Source: Thermoproteota archaeon (GTDB lineage Archaea > Thermoproteota > EX4484-205 > JAAOZP01). Taken from it: DNA of 64,000 nucleotides. Under the pieces are notes generated by a model. It saw only the letters and a list, made by a program, of their open reading frames with translations. It made no database searches and had not been told where the DNA came from. The DNA lies in assembly GCA_038848185.1 (NCBI GenBank), contig JAWCNV010000010.1:1361-65360 (forward strand), given 5' to 3'. A program made the translations under genes and the position numbers. Positions 27,300 through 36,060 of this stretch are shown here, piece by piece; position 1 is the stretch's first letter, and each line of letters opens with the position of its first letter.

Positions 27300-29354
27300 C
27301 TACATCCTCCTTAGAAGGTAAGCTGCTCCACGGAAGCTCGGTAGCCTGACTTTAAATCTTACTGCCCCTCCCTGAATCTTCATATCAACAGGACTTTCGC
27401 TAACAAACTCTGTAAGACTATACTTGTTTCCTCCGAGTTTTTGATTTACACATATCTCTGTTTCAGAAGGCTCGTTTAAATGGTTAATAGCTAGAATAAT
27501 GCTTCTGTCCTTTCCTTTCCAAACAGCTGTCTCTACGTCAGGATTGCTTGACTCTGCGGGCGGATCAACTCCAAAACCCTTAAGGGTTCCAGAGATAAAC
27601 AGCCTCACAGCCTCGTTTCGTCTAATGCGAAACGGAAACATTACCGCTAAGTCGTAGTGGCCAGGGTAATTAGAATAGTCCCAACCTATGAGGCTTCCTA
27701 TCTTGACAACCGAGCCTTTTCCATCTCTAAATTGGATGATTGCAGGATCACCATTCTCAAACTTAGCTAGCATCTTCGAGTCTGAAGGTGCCTTCAGCTT
27801 CTCGCATTTGTTTCCCACCGGTACTATTGTTTTAAGCAATCCCATGGACCGTGAAACATTTTCGTCGAAAAAATAGACAACGTAGTCGGCTGAAGGCTTT
27901 TCAACAAGCTCCGGGTATACTGATTTAAAACCTCCTTCCTCTTCTCCAGAATAATCAGTCAGTAAAATGCCTCCATTGTTAACGAAACGCTTGATTTCTG
28001 AGGCGACATTCTCAGGCAGTACTGGGGCACCTATTGTGCAAATCACTTTATAACCGCGTTCCTTCAAAATCCCGTTTACAACCTGTTCTTCAGAGATTAT
28101 ATCAACCGGAAAACCGCTTCTCACAAGCGCCATGTAGAAAAGCAGGTTATCCATGTTATAAGCGTCATCGGCCTTAAGCTCCATGCTTGTCCAAGGATAT
28201 AATAGCGCCACATCTGCCTTGCTTAACTCATAGTCTTTCAGCACTTTGACAAGCCTGTTGAACTCTTCATTAGGTTGAGTTGTCTTACGCCAAAGCTCAA
28301 GGTTCTTCCAGTCTACCCACCATACTATGCCCAGAGCCCCGTGGGCTAGTGTGGAGTAGACCTGTTCAGACATGCTTTCAACAGGAACCTTGTAGCCAAG
28401 CCACGAGTTGAAGGCTTGACCATTAGCTGTGTAAATCTTATCGAAACCCATCGCGGTTCTCAAAATATCCTTAATATATTCGAAGACGTAGATGACGTAA
28501 CGATGGTCAAACTCCAGCGGGTACATGTCCTCGTGGCCCACATCTATTACGCGTGCCATCCTCCATATATCGTTACCAGAGTAAACACATTGATAACTGC
28601 AAGGGTAAAAATCGTTCACCTCGTGTGTAGATAATAGGGGGACTATGCTTTTAGCATATGTAATGAGTTCTCGGAGAAAATTCGGGATTATTTCAGCATG
28701 GTAATCAAACCATTCTTTCCAAAGTGAAACGTTACTCGGTTCCCTCGGCGGCTCTAAACTCATCCAACCAGCGAAACTTGTTCCGTGTTTACGGTTGAAC
28801 TCTCTAATATCACCATATTTTTCAGTCATGCTCCTCCTGAAGCCTTCTACGCAATGTTTACAGTAGCAGCAGGGTTTCAACGGGCCTCCTCCGAACTCTG
28901 GAACCTCCGTCCTATAATATGCTTCATGGATGAAACTCATTAACGGGAGACCGCCTATTCTGTAGAGAGCAGGATGCGAACCATATTTTCTCAGAAACTC
29001 TCCGATCCGCATTTTGCTTTCCTCGAGCAAGTAGGGATGGTTAAAACAACCTATATTTGACCAGCGAGGATCATCTGAAGTCGAGCCGTCTGCGCACACT
29101 ACTTTAACCTCAGGATGCTCCTTTATTGATATGATTGGCATGAATACCGGAACTATTTTGATACCTTGCTCCTCAGCCTTTGTGAAGAAATAGTTTAACT
29201 TCTCATCCTCCACATACAGTACGAAGAGCCATACATTATTTGCATTAGCTTTCTTCATCTCTTTCAAATACTCTTCTATCTGCTGATTACTAGTCTCCTT
29301 TGAATAGTAGAAATATGCTCCTACGATCGGCTCGCGTAAATATTCTTCTCTCAT
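27300..29354 (-). CDS. GH42-like beta-galactosidase family protein
   Basis: 684 aa; Cys cluster C...PCCYCKHC resembling the Zn site of GH42 beta-galactosidases; C-terminal GATase1-like trimerisation-type region (KVICTIGAPVLP...GGILLTDYSGEE); family assignment tentative. Confidence 0.55.
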   Translation of the reverse strand: MREEYLREPIVGAYFYYSKETSNQQIEEYLKEMKKANANNVWLFVLYVEDEKLNYFFTKAEEQGIKIVPVFMPIISIKEHPEVKVVCADGSTSDDPRWSNIGCFNHPYLLEESKMRIGEFLRKYGSHPALYRIGGLPLMSFIHEAYYRTEVPEFGGGPLKPCCYCKHCVEGFRRSMTEKYGDIREFNRKHGTSFAGWMSLEPPREPSNVSLWKEWFDYHAEIIPNFLRELITYAKSIVPLLSTHEVNDFYPCSYQCVYSGNDIWRMARVIDVGHEDMYPLEFDHRYVIYVFEYIKDILRTAMGFDKIYTANGQAFNSWLGYKVPVESMSEQVYSTLAHGALGIVWWVDWKNLELWRKTTQPNEEFNRLVKVLKDYELSKADVALLYPWTSMELKADDAYNMDNLLFYMALVRSGFPVDIISEEQVVNGILKERGYKVICTIGAPVLPENVASEIKRFVNNGGILLTDYSGEEEGGFKSVYPELVEKPSADYVVYFFDENVSRSMGLLKTIVPVGNKCEKLKAPSDSKMLAKFENGDPAIIQFRDGKGSVVKIGSLIGWDYSNYPGHYDLAVMFPFRIRRNEAVRLFISGTLKGFGVDPPAESSNPDVETAVWKGKDRSIILAINHLNEPSETEICVNQKLGGNKYSLTEFVSESPVDMKIQGGAVRFKVRLPSFRGAAYLLRRM

Positions 29355-29607
29355 TTGTCTTTCAACCCCTTAGCAAGCTTCTAATTTTTATGAGTCTGTT
29401 AATAAAGAAGATTACTGACAAAACAATCACAGCTAAAAATTGCATGGTAAATAACCAACAAAACTTTTCTAAACAACTTTCATGCATAACTGGCATCTGA
29501 CGTACCTATCGATATCGATGGAAGCTTGTTAGTCATTGAAATATTTGTTGAAGATTCGCCGAACCTAATAAGTTTTTTAAACGAAGTTTTTAAAGGCTGA
29601 AAAACTG

Positions 29608-29617
29608 TTAAATATTA
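29608..29617 (+). promoter_or_regulatory. TATA box (TTAAATATTA) for the GH3 gene; divergent promoter region shared with the GH42-like operon
   Basis: Centred about 33 nt upstream of ATG 29646; a second TATA-like element (rc CATAAAAATTA at about 29384-29394) sits 30-40 nt upstream of the minus-strand start at 29354. Confidence 0.4.
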
Positions 29618-29645
29618 CTGATTCATAATTGAACTGTGTTTAAGC

Positions 29646-31955
29646 ATGGGAGAAAGACCAGTTTACCTAGATCCTTGCGCTCCTGTTGAACTTAGGGTAA
29701 AGAGCCTCTTAGAGCGAATGACTCTTGAGGAGAAGATTGCTCAACTCCAATCAGTCTGGCCCAGCATGGTTATTAAAGAAGCATTGACTGAGGAAAAGCT
29801 TAAGGAATTTCTAAGCATTGGAATAGGGGAAATAACACGAGTCTCCGGGGCGTTAGAAGTTAAGCCAGGTGATGGAGCAAGAATAGCCAACGATATACAG
29901 AAGTTCCTTATGGAGAAAACTCGGCTACGAATACCTGCCATAATTCACGAGGAGTGTTTAACAGGCTTCATGGCTAGGGGGGCTACAGTCTTTCCACAGG
30001 CCATAGGCTTAGCCAGCACGTGGGATCCTGAACTCGTTGAGAAAGTGGCATCAGTCATCAGAAGGCAGATGAGGACTTCAGGAGCACATCAGGGTCTTGC
30101 ACCCGTTCTCGACGTGGTTAAGGATCCGAGGTGGGGTAGGACTGAAGAGACATACGGCGAGGACCCCTATCTAGTTGCACGCATGGGAGTAGCTTATGTC
30201 AAGGGTCTTCAGGGTAAGGATTTAAAGACAGGCATCATAGCTACGGTAAAGCATTTCGCAGCCCATGGTTTTCCGGAAGGAGGAAGAAATTGTGCCCCTG
30301 TTCATGTCTCACCCCGAGAGCTCAGAGAGGTTTTCCTGTTTCCGTTTGAAGCAGCAGTAAAGCTCGGAGGAGTATTATCGCTTATGAATGCTTACCATGA
30401 GGTTGATGGTGTACCATGTGCATCCTCAAAGATACTTCTAACAGACATCTTGAGAGGTGAATGGGGTTTCAAAGGCTTCATCGTATCTGACTATTTTGCA
30501 GTTAGAATGCTGGAGAACTTTCATCATACCGCTCTCGACGCTAAAGATGCTGCTACACAGGCCCTCAGCGCTGGGATAGATATCGAGCTCCCCCATATAG
30601 ACTGCTACGGTGGCCCTTTACTTGAGGCTTTAAAAAATGGAGCAATATCTGAAGAGTTTTTGGATTTAGCCGTCTCAAGAGTTTTAAGCGCGAAGTTTCT
30701 CCTAGGTCTTTTTGAAAATCCCTATGTGGATCCAGAATCGGCTAAAAGCCAGTTTGACACTGAAGCTGATAGGGAGCTTGCTCTCAGGGCAGCCAGGGAG
30801 TCCATAGTCCTTTTGAAAAATGATGGTGTTCTTCCATTAAAGGCTGTTAAATCCATCGCCGTCATAGGGCCTAACGCAAATAGCAAGAGGAATCTTCACG
30901 GCGACTACAGTCTCACGGCTCATATGGATAGCGATCAGAATCGCCCTAGTTATGGGGAGGTGTTCAGAGAGGGGGCTGTGAAAACCGTCAGCATACTGGA
31001 GGGCATTAGGAATAGGGCACCCGAAGGGCTAGTCATTAAATATTCACTTGGTTGCGACATTGCCACCGAGTCAAAAGATGGGTTTAAGGAGGCTTTGGAA
31101 ATCGCCTCAAAATCAGACATAATAATAGCAGTGGTGGGCGAGAAATCAGGGCTATTCGGAACCGGGACATCAGGAGAGGGTTGCGATACACCTTCCCTTA
31201 GACTTCCGGGCGTTCAGGAGGATTTGGTTAAGGAACTCTGCGATACTGGAAAACCTGTTGTACTCATCCTGGTGAATGGCAGACCCATTTCGCTCGGTTG
31301 GATGGCTGAACGGTGCTCAGCAATAATAGAGGCATGGTATCCTGGCGAGGAAGGCGGGAACGCCGTTGCAGACATACTATTTGGGTACTATAATCCGGGG
31401 GGAAAGCTTCCCATCACCTTCCCCCGTGACGTTGGTCAGATTCCATTGAATTATAATATGAAGCCTTCTTCATTCAGAAACTATTTAACCATGGACGCCA
31501 AGCCTTTGTTTCCATTTGGCCATGGGTTGAGTTACACAAGCTTTGAATACAGTGCTCTCAAGATAGAACCAGAGAAAACAAGCACAACTGGACAAGTCAA
31601 GATATGCTTCAAGGTTAAGAATGCTGGAGAATATGCGGGAGACGAGGTTGTTCAGCTTTATGTAAAAGATATTGTGGCCAGTGTCTCTAGACCAGTTATG
31701 GAGCTTAAAGGTTTCAAAAGGATTAGTCTTGAAGCCGGGGAAACAAAGGAGGTTGAGTTCACACTCTTCACTGAACAGCTCGCCTTCTATGATCAATACA
31801 TAAGGTTGATTGTCGAACCCGGGATGTTCGAGGTGATGGTAGGGCGCTCTTCTGAAGACATAAGACTTAGAGGAGAATTCAATATTGCCGGGGAGACGAA
31901 GGTTATTAATAGGAGAACCATCTTCTTCAGCAAAGTAGAAGAATTTAAAGTCTGA
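29646..31955 (+). CDS. Glycoside hydrolase family 3 beta-glucosidase (BglX-like) with C-terminal Fn3-like domain
   Basis: 769 aa; GH3 N-terminal domain motifs, nucleophile-containing GFKGFIVSDY, KHFAAHG, C-terminal beta-sandwich; no signal peptide. Confidence 0.85.
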   Translation: MGERPVYLDPCAPVELRVKSLLERMTLEEKIAQLQSVWPSMVIKEALTEEKLKEFLSIGIGEITRVSGALEVKPGDGARIANDIQKFLMEKTRLRIPAIIHEECLTGFMARGATVFPQAIGLASTWDPELVEKVASVIRRQMRTSGAHQGLAPVLDVVKDPRWGRTEETYGEDPYLVARMGVAYVKGLQGKDLKTGIIATVKHFAAHGFPEGGRNCAPVHVSPRELREVFLFPFEAAVKLGGVLSLMNAYHEVDGVPCASSKILLTDILRGEWGFKGFIVSDYFAVRMLENFHHTALDAKDAATQALSAGIDIELPHIDCYGGPLLEALKNGAISEEFLDLAVSRVLSAKFLLGLFENPYVDPESAKSQFDTEADRELALRAARESIVLLKNDGVLPLKAVKSIAVIGPNANSKRNLHGDYSLTAHMDSDQNRPSYGEVFREGAVKTVSILEGIRNRAPEGLVIKYSLGCDIATESKDGFKEALEIASKSDIIIAVVGEKSGLFGTGTSGEGCDTPSLRLPGVQEDLVKELCDTGKPVVLILVNGRPISLGWMAERCSAIIEAWYPGEEGGNAVADILFGYYNPGGKLPITFPRDVGQIPLNYNMKPSSFRNYLTMDAKPLFPFGHGLSYTSFEYSALKIEPEKTSTTGQVKICFKVKNAGEYAGDEVVQLYVKDIVASVSRPVMELKGFKRISLEAGETKEVEFTLFTEQLAFYDQYIRLIVEPGMFEVMVGRSSEDIRLRGEFNIAGETKVINRRTIFFSKVEEFKV

Positions 31956-32105
31956 ATTAGAAGAAATGCTTAAAGGACGCATCAAGTAGCTTTTTATACT
32001 GTCTTTTTATGAGGAAACGTAAAGTAATGTTTTAAAGGTTTTTTCAGGAAGCAATATTTAAATCTCCTGAAGAGGTTGTATCTTTATATGGGGCATGAAA
32101 GCGGA

Positions 32106-33263
32106 ATGAGGATGGGAGTAAAACCTTTTGCCGTGGCCTGCATATTCTTGCTACTAGTGTTAAAGTCATATTCTATTCTGATTAGCGCACAATTAGAAGG
32201 CATGTTCCAAGTAACTGAGGAAGATAATGAAGTAGAGGTGGCTTATCTTGAAGCCGGTCTAGAGAAATTCAAGGTCATTATAAACAAGAATGGAGGTATC
32301 ACAGAGGTTCAGGTATCTAACATACCATACACCAGTGTCGCCGGCACACAAGTTTGGAGCCTATGGGAGCAGACATGGAACACTGATCCAATGGCACCCC
32401 CAGTTGTTGTGAACAAGGGTGACTACGTTGAAGCAAGGTTTTACGGGAAGTACCGGACCGCTGAACTCTATGTGAAAACCAATTACACTATTTCGAAGAC
32501 TGGATTAATCCTCGTCTCATCCATCATCGAGGCTAAGAGGGATGAGCCATTAATTATGCAGACAGCATGGATGGTCTACTTCTCAACACCTATCTTTGCA
32601 AACGAAAAGGCTTATATCAAGTTTGAGAAAGAGGTAACGGAAGTGCAGCTTCCTGCATCTGTGACTAGTGGCTCATTCTATGGCGGTCAAGATGTCGTCT
32701 ACTGGGTTGACTTCAGCAAGCCCACTGCGGGAATTGCCTTCATAAATATGGCTCCAGGCTCTGAAGATTGGTATGAAACCACTGTGAGAGATGAGAGGCA
32801 ATATGGATACCATGATGTCTACTCCGTATACTTTGCCCACACCGCCTATGGAGAGGGAGCCATGTCCATGGGTGACAAAAGGGTCTCAAAGGTTGCCCTA
32901 TACATTCACGGTCAAGGAGGCTACGAAGGTAACAAGGAGATTCTAGATCTAATATCGGATATTGCTAGTACAAGTGTTGAATGCGAGAAAGCTCTTAAAA
33001 ACGTTGGGGAGAATACTGAAGCTGGGCGGCTGGCTTCCCAAGCAATGGAAAACGTTAACTCGGGACTTGAAAAACTCCTTAAGGGCGACTTCGAAGGTTC
33101 TGAGACTGACCTTGGAAACGCCAAGAAACTGCTTGAAGAAGTCAAGGGCATCGGTGGAGTGTTTGAGAAATCACTTCCTGCAATCGTAGGAGTGATAGTA
33201 ATCGTCGTCATAATAGTGGTGATAGTTACTCGACGTAGAAAAGCAAAGAAAACAATTTCTTAA
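32106..33263 (+). CDS. Secreted protein with C-terminal TM anchor (…IVGVIVIVVIIVVIVTRRRKAKKTIS); paralog of 9863-11056
   Basis: Start chosen at ATG 32106 (MRMGVKPFAVACIFLLLV; the ORF-track TTG at 32076 overlaps the TATA element TCTTTATATGG). Shares NGGITEVQVSNI, KTGLILVSS and VALYIHGQGGYEGNKEILDLI blocks with the paralog. Confidence 0.65.
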   Translation: MRMGVKPFAVACIFLLLVLKSYSILISAQLEGMFQVTEEDNEVEVAYLEAGLEKFKVIINKNGGITEVQVSNIPYTSVAGTQVWSLWEQTWNTDPMAPPVVVNKGDYVEARFYGKYRTAELYVKTNYTISKTGLILVSSIIEAKRDEPLIMQTAWMVYFSTPIFANEKAYIKFEKEVTEVQLPASVTSGSFYGGQDVVYWVDFSKPTAGIAFINMAPGSEDWYETTVRDERQYGYHDVYSVYFAHTAYGEGAMSMGDKRVSKVALYIHGQGGYEGNKEILDLISDIASTSVECEKALKNVGENTEAGRLASQAMENVNSGLEKLLKGDFEGSETDLGNAKKLLEEVKGIGGVFEKSLPAIVGVIVIVVIIVVIVTRRRKAKKTIS

Positions 33264-33283
33264 ATCCTTCTTCCTTAAACTAT

Positions 33284-33294
33284 TGTTTTTCTTC
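33284..33294 (+). terminator. T-tract terminator candidate (TTGTTTTTCTT)
   Basis: 20 nt downstream of stop 33263 in a convergent intergenic region. Confidence 0.35.
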
Positions 33295-33509
33295 AATAAT
33301 ATTCTATCCTTAATGCACATTATAGCAACACATCTAGAGAAGCGAGATGCCTGGTGTATACCTGTATCAAGAAGCTGAGACAAACTGTGTGAATTAAATC
33401 CATTGAGCGAGGCTCATAAGGTATTAATGAATATTAAAGATTTAACATTATGAAAAGAGTTCATGGTTTACGAATCACATGCCTATAATTAAGCCTTACG
33501 AATAGTAGA

Positions 33510-33522
33510 TTGATAAAAAACA
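33510..33522 (-). terminator. T-tract terminator candidate (minus-strand TTTTTT)
   Basis: A6 run at 33515-33520 on the plus strand gives T6 on the minus strand about 10 nt after the stop at 33529. Confidence 0.3.
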
Positions 33523-33528
33523 GGAAGT

Positions 33529-35205
33529 TTATTTCTTCCTCTTATTCTTATAGATAATCCCTACGATCATCATGACCACTATGAGTAACAGCCCGATTAT
33601 AGCGTATTGCATGGGTGTTGGAGCTGGTGTCGGTGTAGGAGTTGATGTGGGAGTGGGAGTCGGGGTTGAAGTTGGTGTGGAAGTAGGTGTCGGTGTTGGT
33701 GTGACTGTTGGCGCCGAAGTAGTAAAGTAGTCTATGTAGAGATCGCCGCTCCACGCCGCAACATTCCACTGACCTATTTGAACACCCAGTTTTCTCACAG
33801 CATTTTCCCAAGTAATGTCTTCTCCACCGAGGTCCCAAGTAACTTGAGTCCAGCTTCCTCCAGCTAGGTTTATCGCTGCACTATTCTTCCAGTCCCAGGT
33901 GGCGCTCTGCATGAATATTTGTGCTTTAGCATCTTGCGGAACCCAGACCCATACGGAGAGTAGCTTATCCTGAAAATCTGCTAGGTTGCCCTCAGCAAAA
34001 TATACACATACTCCACCAGCAGCACCGTTTGATGCATCGAAATATGTCTTTAAGCACCCAGCTCCATGATATGCCTTCTCAACGGTCCACATAGCTGAAG
34101 TAAGAGCACCTTGCCCGACGTTTGGGTCGACATCCCAGCCCTGAGTATCTGTCTCAAAATCAAACAGCACCTCCCCAAATACCGGGGTTGGTGTAGGGGT
34201 AGGGGTGGGTTTAGGCGTCGGAGTAGAAGTGGGGATGGGTGTTGGCGATGGAGTAACAGTTGGTAAACCCAAAACTTCTCTTATTGCATTCTCCACCTCA
34301 ACGGTGTATCCTCCATATTGCTGGTAGACCTCTAAGACCCGTTCCACGATATTGGTGTAGGGTTCATAACCGCCAGTGCCATGGAAGAAAAGTGCCATCT
34401 CAGTTACTCTTTCCTCGTTTTCAAGCATAGCGCCCTGTCCCCATCCACCGTGCCAGAAGGTTACGATGAATTTCAGTTCATCCCAGCCTCTTCCATCCTG
34501 TACTATAAAGGCAAGGTTAGCCTCAGGGTTAAGGTTCATAAGGGTGACACCGCCCTCATTCACGCTTAGGTCTACCCAGTTTGGCGGAGGTTTGATAATT
34601 TGAGTGACATCTTGATTTATAAATGTGGATGGTAGGTTTAATTCTTCGGTGCCCCACAAATAATTAATATATATGTTTTTACCGGAATACTCCTCTGTCT
34701 TTAACTTGACAACCCAGCCTGTTGTCCTTATGTTAGGGGCTCCTCCAGATGGTGCTCTCATCGTCAGCCTTATGAATACGAAGCCGAACTTAGTTACCGT
34801 CACCTCCGTAACCAAACTGACAAGATGGGTTTTCGTCTGACTGTAACACGTTATTTTGGTATAGGTATCCCTCTCCTCTATTGTTGGTTCATCGACAACT
34901 GTTCCCCATGTCTGTTCCCAGTCATCCATCCAAATGAAGCCTGCTGCTCTTTCAGCAACCTCTACTCCTCGGCTTCTAAGCATGTTTATTCCACCAGTTT
35001 TCCAGAGCTCGATGTAGAAGAGTTCATTATCCTGAGGATCATAAACCCAGACATCTATTATATTACCGGTTTCACGTGGCTGAACCACGATTTTATTTTC
35101 CTCCTGCGCATAAACTTGAATCGGAAAAGGTTGGAAACAAAGCTGTATAAAGTTTAGACAGACGAACATTACTAGAATCATTATTGTTTCCTTCCTCTTG
35201 ATCAT
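33529..35205 (-). CDS. Modular surface protein: signal peptide, surface-paralog domain, Pro/Thr linker, CBM-like beta-sandwich, Pro/Thr linker, C-terminal TM anchor (cassette B terminal gene)
   Basis: 558 aa. Domain 1 homologous to the 397/395-aa paralogs (LWKTGGINML...TKFGFVFI; ALFFHGTGGYEPY). Linker 1 PTVTPSPTPIPTSTPTPKPTPTPTPTP (about 34198-34282). Domain 2 FDFETDTQGW...EKAYHGAGCLKTYF...LSVWVWVPQDA...LYIDYF homologous to the insert of the GH5-like enzyme at 5171-7955. Linker 2 PTVTPTPTPTSTPTSTPTPTPTSTPTPTPAPTP (about 33613-33717). C-terminal TM IIGLLLIVVMMIVGIIYKNKRKK. Confidence 0.75.
   Translation of the reverse strand: MIKRKETIMILVMFVCLNFIQLCFQPFPIQVYAQEENKIVVQPRETGNIIDVWVYDPQDNELFYIELWKTGGINMLRSRGVEVAERAAGFIWMDDWEQTWGTVVDEPTIEERDTYTKITCYSQTKTHLVSLVTEVTVTKFGFVFIRLTMRAPSGGAPNIRTTGWVVKLKTEEYSGKNIYINYLWGTEELNLPSTFINQDVTQIIKPPPNWVDLSVNEGGVTLMNLNPEANLAFIVQDGRGWDELKFIVTFWHGGWGQGAMLENEERVTEMALFFHGTGGYEPYTNIVERVLEVYQQYGGYTVEVENAIREVLGLPTVTPSPTPIPTSTPTPKPTPTPTPTPVFGEVLFDFETDTQGWDVDPNVGQGALTSAMWTVEKAYHGAGCLKTYFDASNGAAGGVCVYFAEGNLADFQDKLLSVWVWVPQDAKAQIFMQSATWDWKNSAAINLAGGSWTQVTWDLGGEDITWENAVRKLGVQIGQWNVAAWSGDLYIDYFTTSAPTVTPTPTPTSTPTSTPTPTPTSTPTPTPAPTPMQYAIIGLLLIVVMMIVGIIYKNKRKK
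33600..33720 (-). repeat. Low-complexity coding repeat (GGTGTnGGn)n encoding Pro/Thr-rich linker
   Basis: Visible in sequence as tandem GGTGTTGGAGCTGGTGTCGGTGTAGGAGTTGATGTGGGAGTGGGAGTCGGGGTTGAAGTTGGTGTGGAAGTAGGTGTCGGTGTTGGTGTG; a second copy at about 34190-34285. Confidence 0.8.
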
Positions 35206-35388
35206 TTCAACATCGAGAGGAAAAAATGTTTTTCCAATATATTAAGCTTTTGAAGCGCTTACTATACCCGAATTTTTTAAAAAAGCCTTTTAAGGGAAAT
35301 CACTAAGAAAGCTAGGTAAACTTGGGTTAACAATCTTTCAGATTAGAAAGTAAGGGCGAAATAATCAGTTAGCTGAAGCCAATTTATT

Positions 35389-36060
35389 CTAACCTGTAGG
35401 ACGCTTAGCTACTGATTCAATAGCCTTCTTGCCTAGTGAAATGATGATCCTCCATACTTCTAGCCAAGCGGCTAGTAATGTAAATATGAGGCCAATCCCA
35501 GATATGAAAATGCCTAGACTCCATTGTGATTTTAGGAAACTGCTATCATAAGATGTTTCGCTTGATGGTGGCGGAAGCCCGCTGAAGACTGTTATCCGCG
35601 TCCAGCCTTGGACGAAGACACCTAAACATATCATCATCAGCGTCGTCCCAATGGTTAAGCCCAAGGCTCTTTTCGTCCAGGTTTTTGCTAAAGCACTAAT
35701 GATAATTATTATAATGGCAATGGGCTGTAGAGTAAGAACACTAGATGTAGGCGGTTTATCCCATCGCCCAGAAAAGACGAGTTTCAGAGTGGTCTCATCA
35801 TACTGTTGCCATAGAGGGTAGACTTTCCACTGCACCTCTCTACCATCTAAGTTACCGTTTAACTCGTACCAAGGAAGGAATAAGCTTACTGTGAGCAGTG
35901 CTCCGGCGATAAGCCCCAGACTGTTTCTACCGCCTTCCAATGGGTCGGGTCGACGCTGACTGTTTATAAAACTAACTCTTAAGCATGATGCATAGAGAAA
36001 AAGAAATAGGGTTTTCCTCTTAGAATGGGAAGAAGAATCTGATGATGCCGAGTACAGCAC
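35389..36060 (-). CDS. Small multi-TM membrane protein, cassette B-specific
   Basis: ORF-track GTG start at 36060 overlaps the upstream gene by 41 nt; an in-frame TTG at 35940 (…PDP-L-EGGRNSLGLIAGALLTVSLFLPWY) would give a 183-aa, non-overlapping protein with about 4 TM. Start uncertain. Confidence 0.45.
   Translation of the reverse strand: MLYSASSDSSSHSKRKTLFLFLYASCLRVSFINSQRRPDPLEGGRNSLGLIAGALLTVSLFLPWYELNGNLDGREVQWKVYPLWQQYDETTLKLVFSGRWDKPPTSSVLTLQPIAIIIIIISALAKTWTKRALGLTIGTTLMMICLGVFVQGWTRITVFSGLPPPSSETSYDSSFLKSQWSLGIFISGIGLIFTLLAAWLEVWRIIISLGKKAIESVAKRPTG

Noticed and set aside
33600-34285. Short tandem nucleotide repeats (GGTGTnGGn)n as possible CRISPR/satellite
   Set aside because: The repeats are in-frame and encode Pro/Thr linkers within a long ORF. 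There are no spacer/repeat periodicity and no cas genes. No CRISPR array was seen anywhere in the window.
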